Source of the DNA: Takakia lepidozioides
Taxonomy: Eukaryota > Plantae > Bryophyta
Assembly: GCA_030704615.1 (NCBI GenBank)
Contig: CM060734.1
Location: forward strand, 27,590,001 to 27,654,000
DNA: 64,000 nucleotides
Direction of reading: 5' to 3'
Part shown: piece by piece, positions 62,040 to 64,000 of the stretch
Position numbering within the stretch: position 1 is the first letter of the stretch
Layout of the letters: each line of letters starts with the position of its first letter
The notes under the pieces: generated by a model
The model's database searches: none
What the model was told of the DNA's origin: nothing
The model's input: the letters and a program-made list of their open reading frames with translations, nothing else
Program-made: the position numbers and the translations under genes

Positions 62040-63545
62040 CACAATCTCGTTGGCCTTTCTTAGTGAAAGCACGCTTACAATGTGAGGCCATGGCAGTTTT
62101 AGTAAGTCGACTATGGTGCGTAGTGGCTGTAATGGCGCACTTGTGCAAACTAAGTTCCATGCCAGACCATTGATTGAATCTGGATAGTTTGGCAACTTGT
62201 CGGTTTAGGTATTGTGGTTTATGTGCAAGGATGGCGAGGTCGTTTGCATATGCTGCGGCTGAGATGTCGCTAGTGGAAGTTTTGTATTGATATCCTAGCT
62301 TACCTCGAGCAAACCATCTAAGTAGGGGTTCTAAAAAGATGATGAATAGGTAGGGGCTTAGAGTGTCCCCTTGGATAGTGCCTCAGAGAATGGAGATAAG
62401 AGGGGTGGAGCCATAGTAGGCACCAAAGTATTTGGTGGTGCTATTTGTATATATATTTCCTATAAGGTGAACGACGTCCGTAGGATACCCAAGATCGAGC
62501 ATGATGGTGAGTAATCTAGCGTGATCTAGAGAGCCAAATGCATTCTTAAAGTTGATATATAGTAGATATATGTCTTGCTTTGTGAGTTTTGCGTCTTCAA
62601 GGGCGGATAGAACATATTGAATTTGTCGGGTTGTACTCCCTACAGACCTCAATATTTACAGACCCATTGCACTGGCCAACACCATATATAAGTTATTCAC
62701 TAGCACGCTTACCACAATGCTATCAAGCTACGGTGAACAACACCAAATTCTCAACGACCCCCAAGAAGGATTCCGAGCCCACGGTGAAAAAATTTAGAGG
62801 AGATGGTGAAGTTGGGGGTCTAGTGCTTGCAGTATAGCGTTTGGTATAAGATCAGGGCCGTGGGCTTTGGATTTAGATAGTTTTTTAAGACATGACTCAT
62901 AGAGGTCAATCGTGAATAGGTCCAGTATGCGATCTGTTGGGGTTCCCCTGTTGTCTATTGAGAAACCGTCTATGTCAAGCCATGGGTAGTGTTTAGCTTT
63001 GCACATGCAGTTGGTGGTATGGAGAGTGGAATGGAGACAGTTTGTGACGGTAGGTGTGTAGGTTGAGGATGCTTGTGTCCATATTTCTTGGTTGATGTCC
63101 ATTGGGTTGGTGAGGAGGTGGCCAAGCCGGTGTTTGAGACAGTCAATGGGTGGGTTGAGGGCCGGATTGAAGATGGCTTTGTGAGCTTTTTTGGGGTGGT
63201 CATGTAGCAGCTGGTTGAAGGAAGAGACAAATTTTCTATGATTGGCGGCAACTTTTTGTTTGGTGATATTGTAGACAGATTTCTTAGCATCTCTACCAAT
63301 TATGGAGAGAGAGGCTATCTAGCTAGGTAGATTGTGGGGGCATAAGTGCTTGACATGCTCTTAGGGTGGATAGGCAGGTGATGTGGGGATCTGTGGCCCA
63401 AGTATTACCTGGGTGTATAGAGGTAGTGGTGGGTATGATAGTGAGGGCTCGTCTAATTGTGTGGTAAGTGTTAAGGCGAGATGTCCAGAAAGGCAGGGTC
63501 GAAGAGGGGAGCGGGAGGGCGGAACTCCACTCTCCCGCCGCCAAC
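62040..63545 (-). mobile_element. Degenerate non-LTR (LINE) retrotransposon RT fragment
   Basis: KAHGPDLIP, LEDAK...YINFKNAFGSLDH, TIQGDTLSPYLF, AYANDL and QWSGMELSLHKC occur in order, with stops. Confidence 0.85.
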
Positions 63546-64000
63546 CTTAGCTAAATCCCATAGTCATGACTAATATTTAGGGGTCTGCCATCTTCTCAGT
63601 TTTGTAGTCTCACTTTTCTTGTTTTTTAGCAATGCCGCTACTCTAACCCTTACTTTCTTTCTAGCTAAGGCAGCCACCATGACGCGAGCTCCAGCTCGTT
63701 GCGTTGCGGTGTAGCTGCCTTGCTGCTCTTCTCCCTTTGACCTGCTCAGCAAGATCATCCTCCTTTCAAAGCTCTGTTTAAATATCTTTCCATAGTTTTC
63801 TCCAGCTGTTTCTTTATTCTCTTGTTTCCAATGGCCGTTCACAACCGGCTGTCCATCCGCCTGCATGCTCAAGCCGCTCCCCTGGAGTTCTTACAGGCCA
63901 TCATCTCAACTTGGCAATGCATGACAGAACCTCCCGCCCTGTTGCGGCGAGATCAAATGATTCCACTGTGCAACATTCTAATGTTATTGATGCTCAGGCC

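Noticed and set aside
63570-63872. 100-aa Lys/Arg-rich ORF
   Set aside because: No recognisable motif and too little context at the window edge.

Overview
Plant heterochromatic DNA. A captured VTE3 fragment shows it is plant; the retroelement types suggest a non-seed land plant (inference). No intact host gene is present. Layout: (1) 1-5047 is the 3' end of Ty3/Gypsy element A (+), with a large extra ORF, PPT and LTR. (2) 5048-32164 is exactly eight near-identical 3.39-kb tandem units. (3) At 32164/32165 a fold-back inversion leads into an inverted, slightly diverged unit (32165-34351 plus 58644-59429). (4) That inverted unit is split by element B, a full-length copy of the same Gypsy family (34352-58643, -, TSD GTCTT, tRNA-Arg-like PBS). 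(5) Nested in the gag of B is an unrelated Gypsy element C (44723-56602, +, TSD CGGGT). Its polyprotein reads Gag-PR-DNMT3-like C5 methyltransferase-RT-RH-IN-PHD. It has split-direct-repeat termini (A...B-A-B), a candidate self-priming PBS and a captured, half-inverted VTE3 fragment. (6) 59430-64000 holds TE debris: a duplicated Helitron-like remnant, a small structured-RNA candidate, a SWIM finger and a LINE RT with an internal micro-inversion. Element C is the most notable system.
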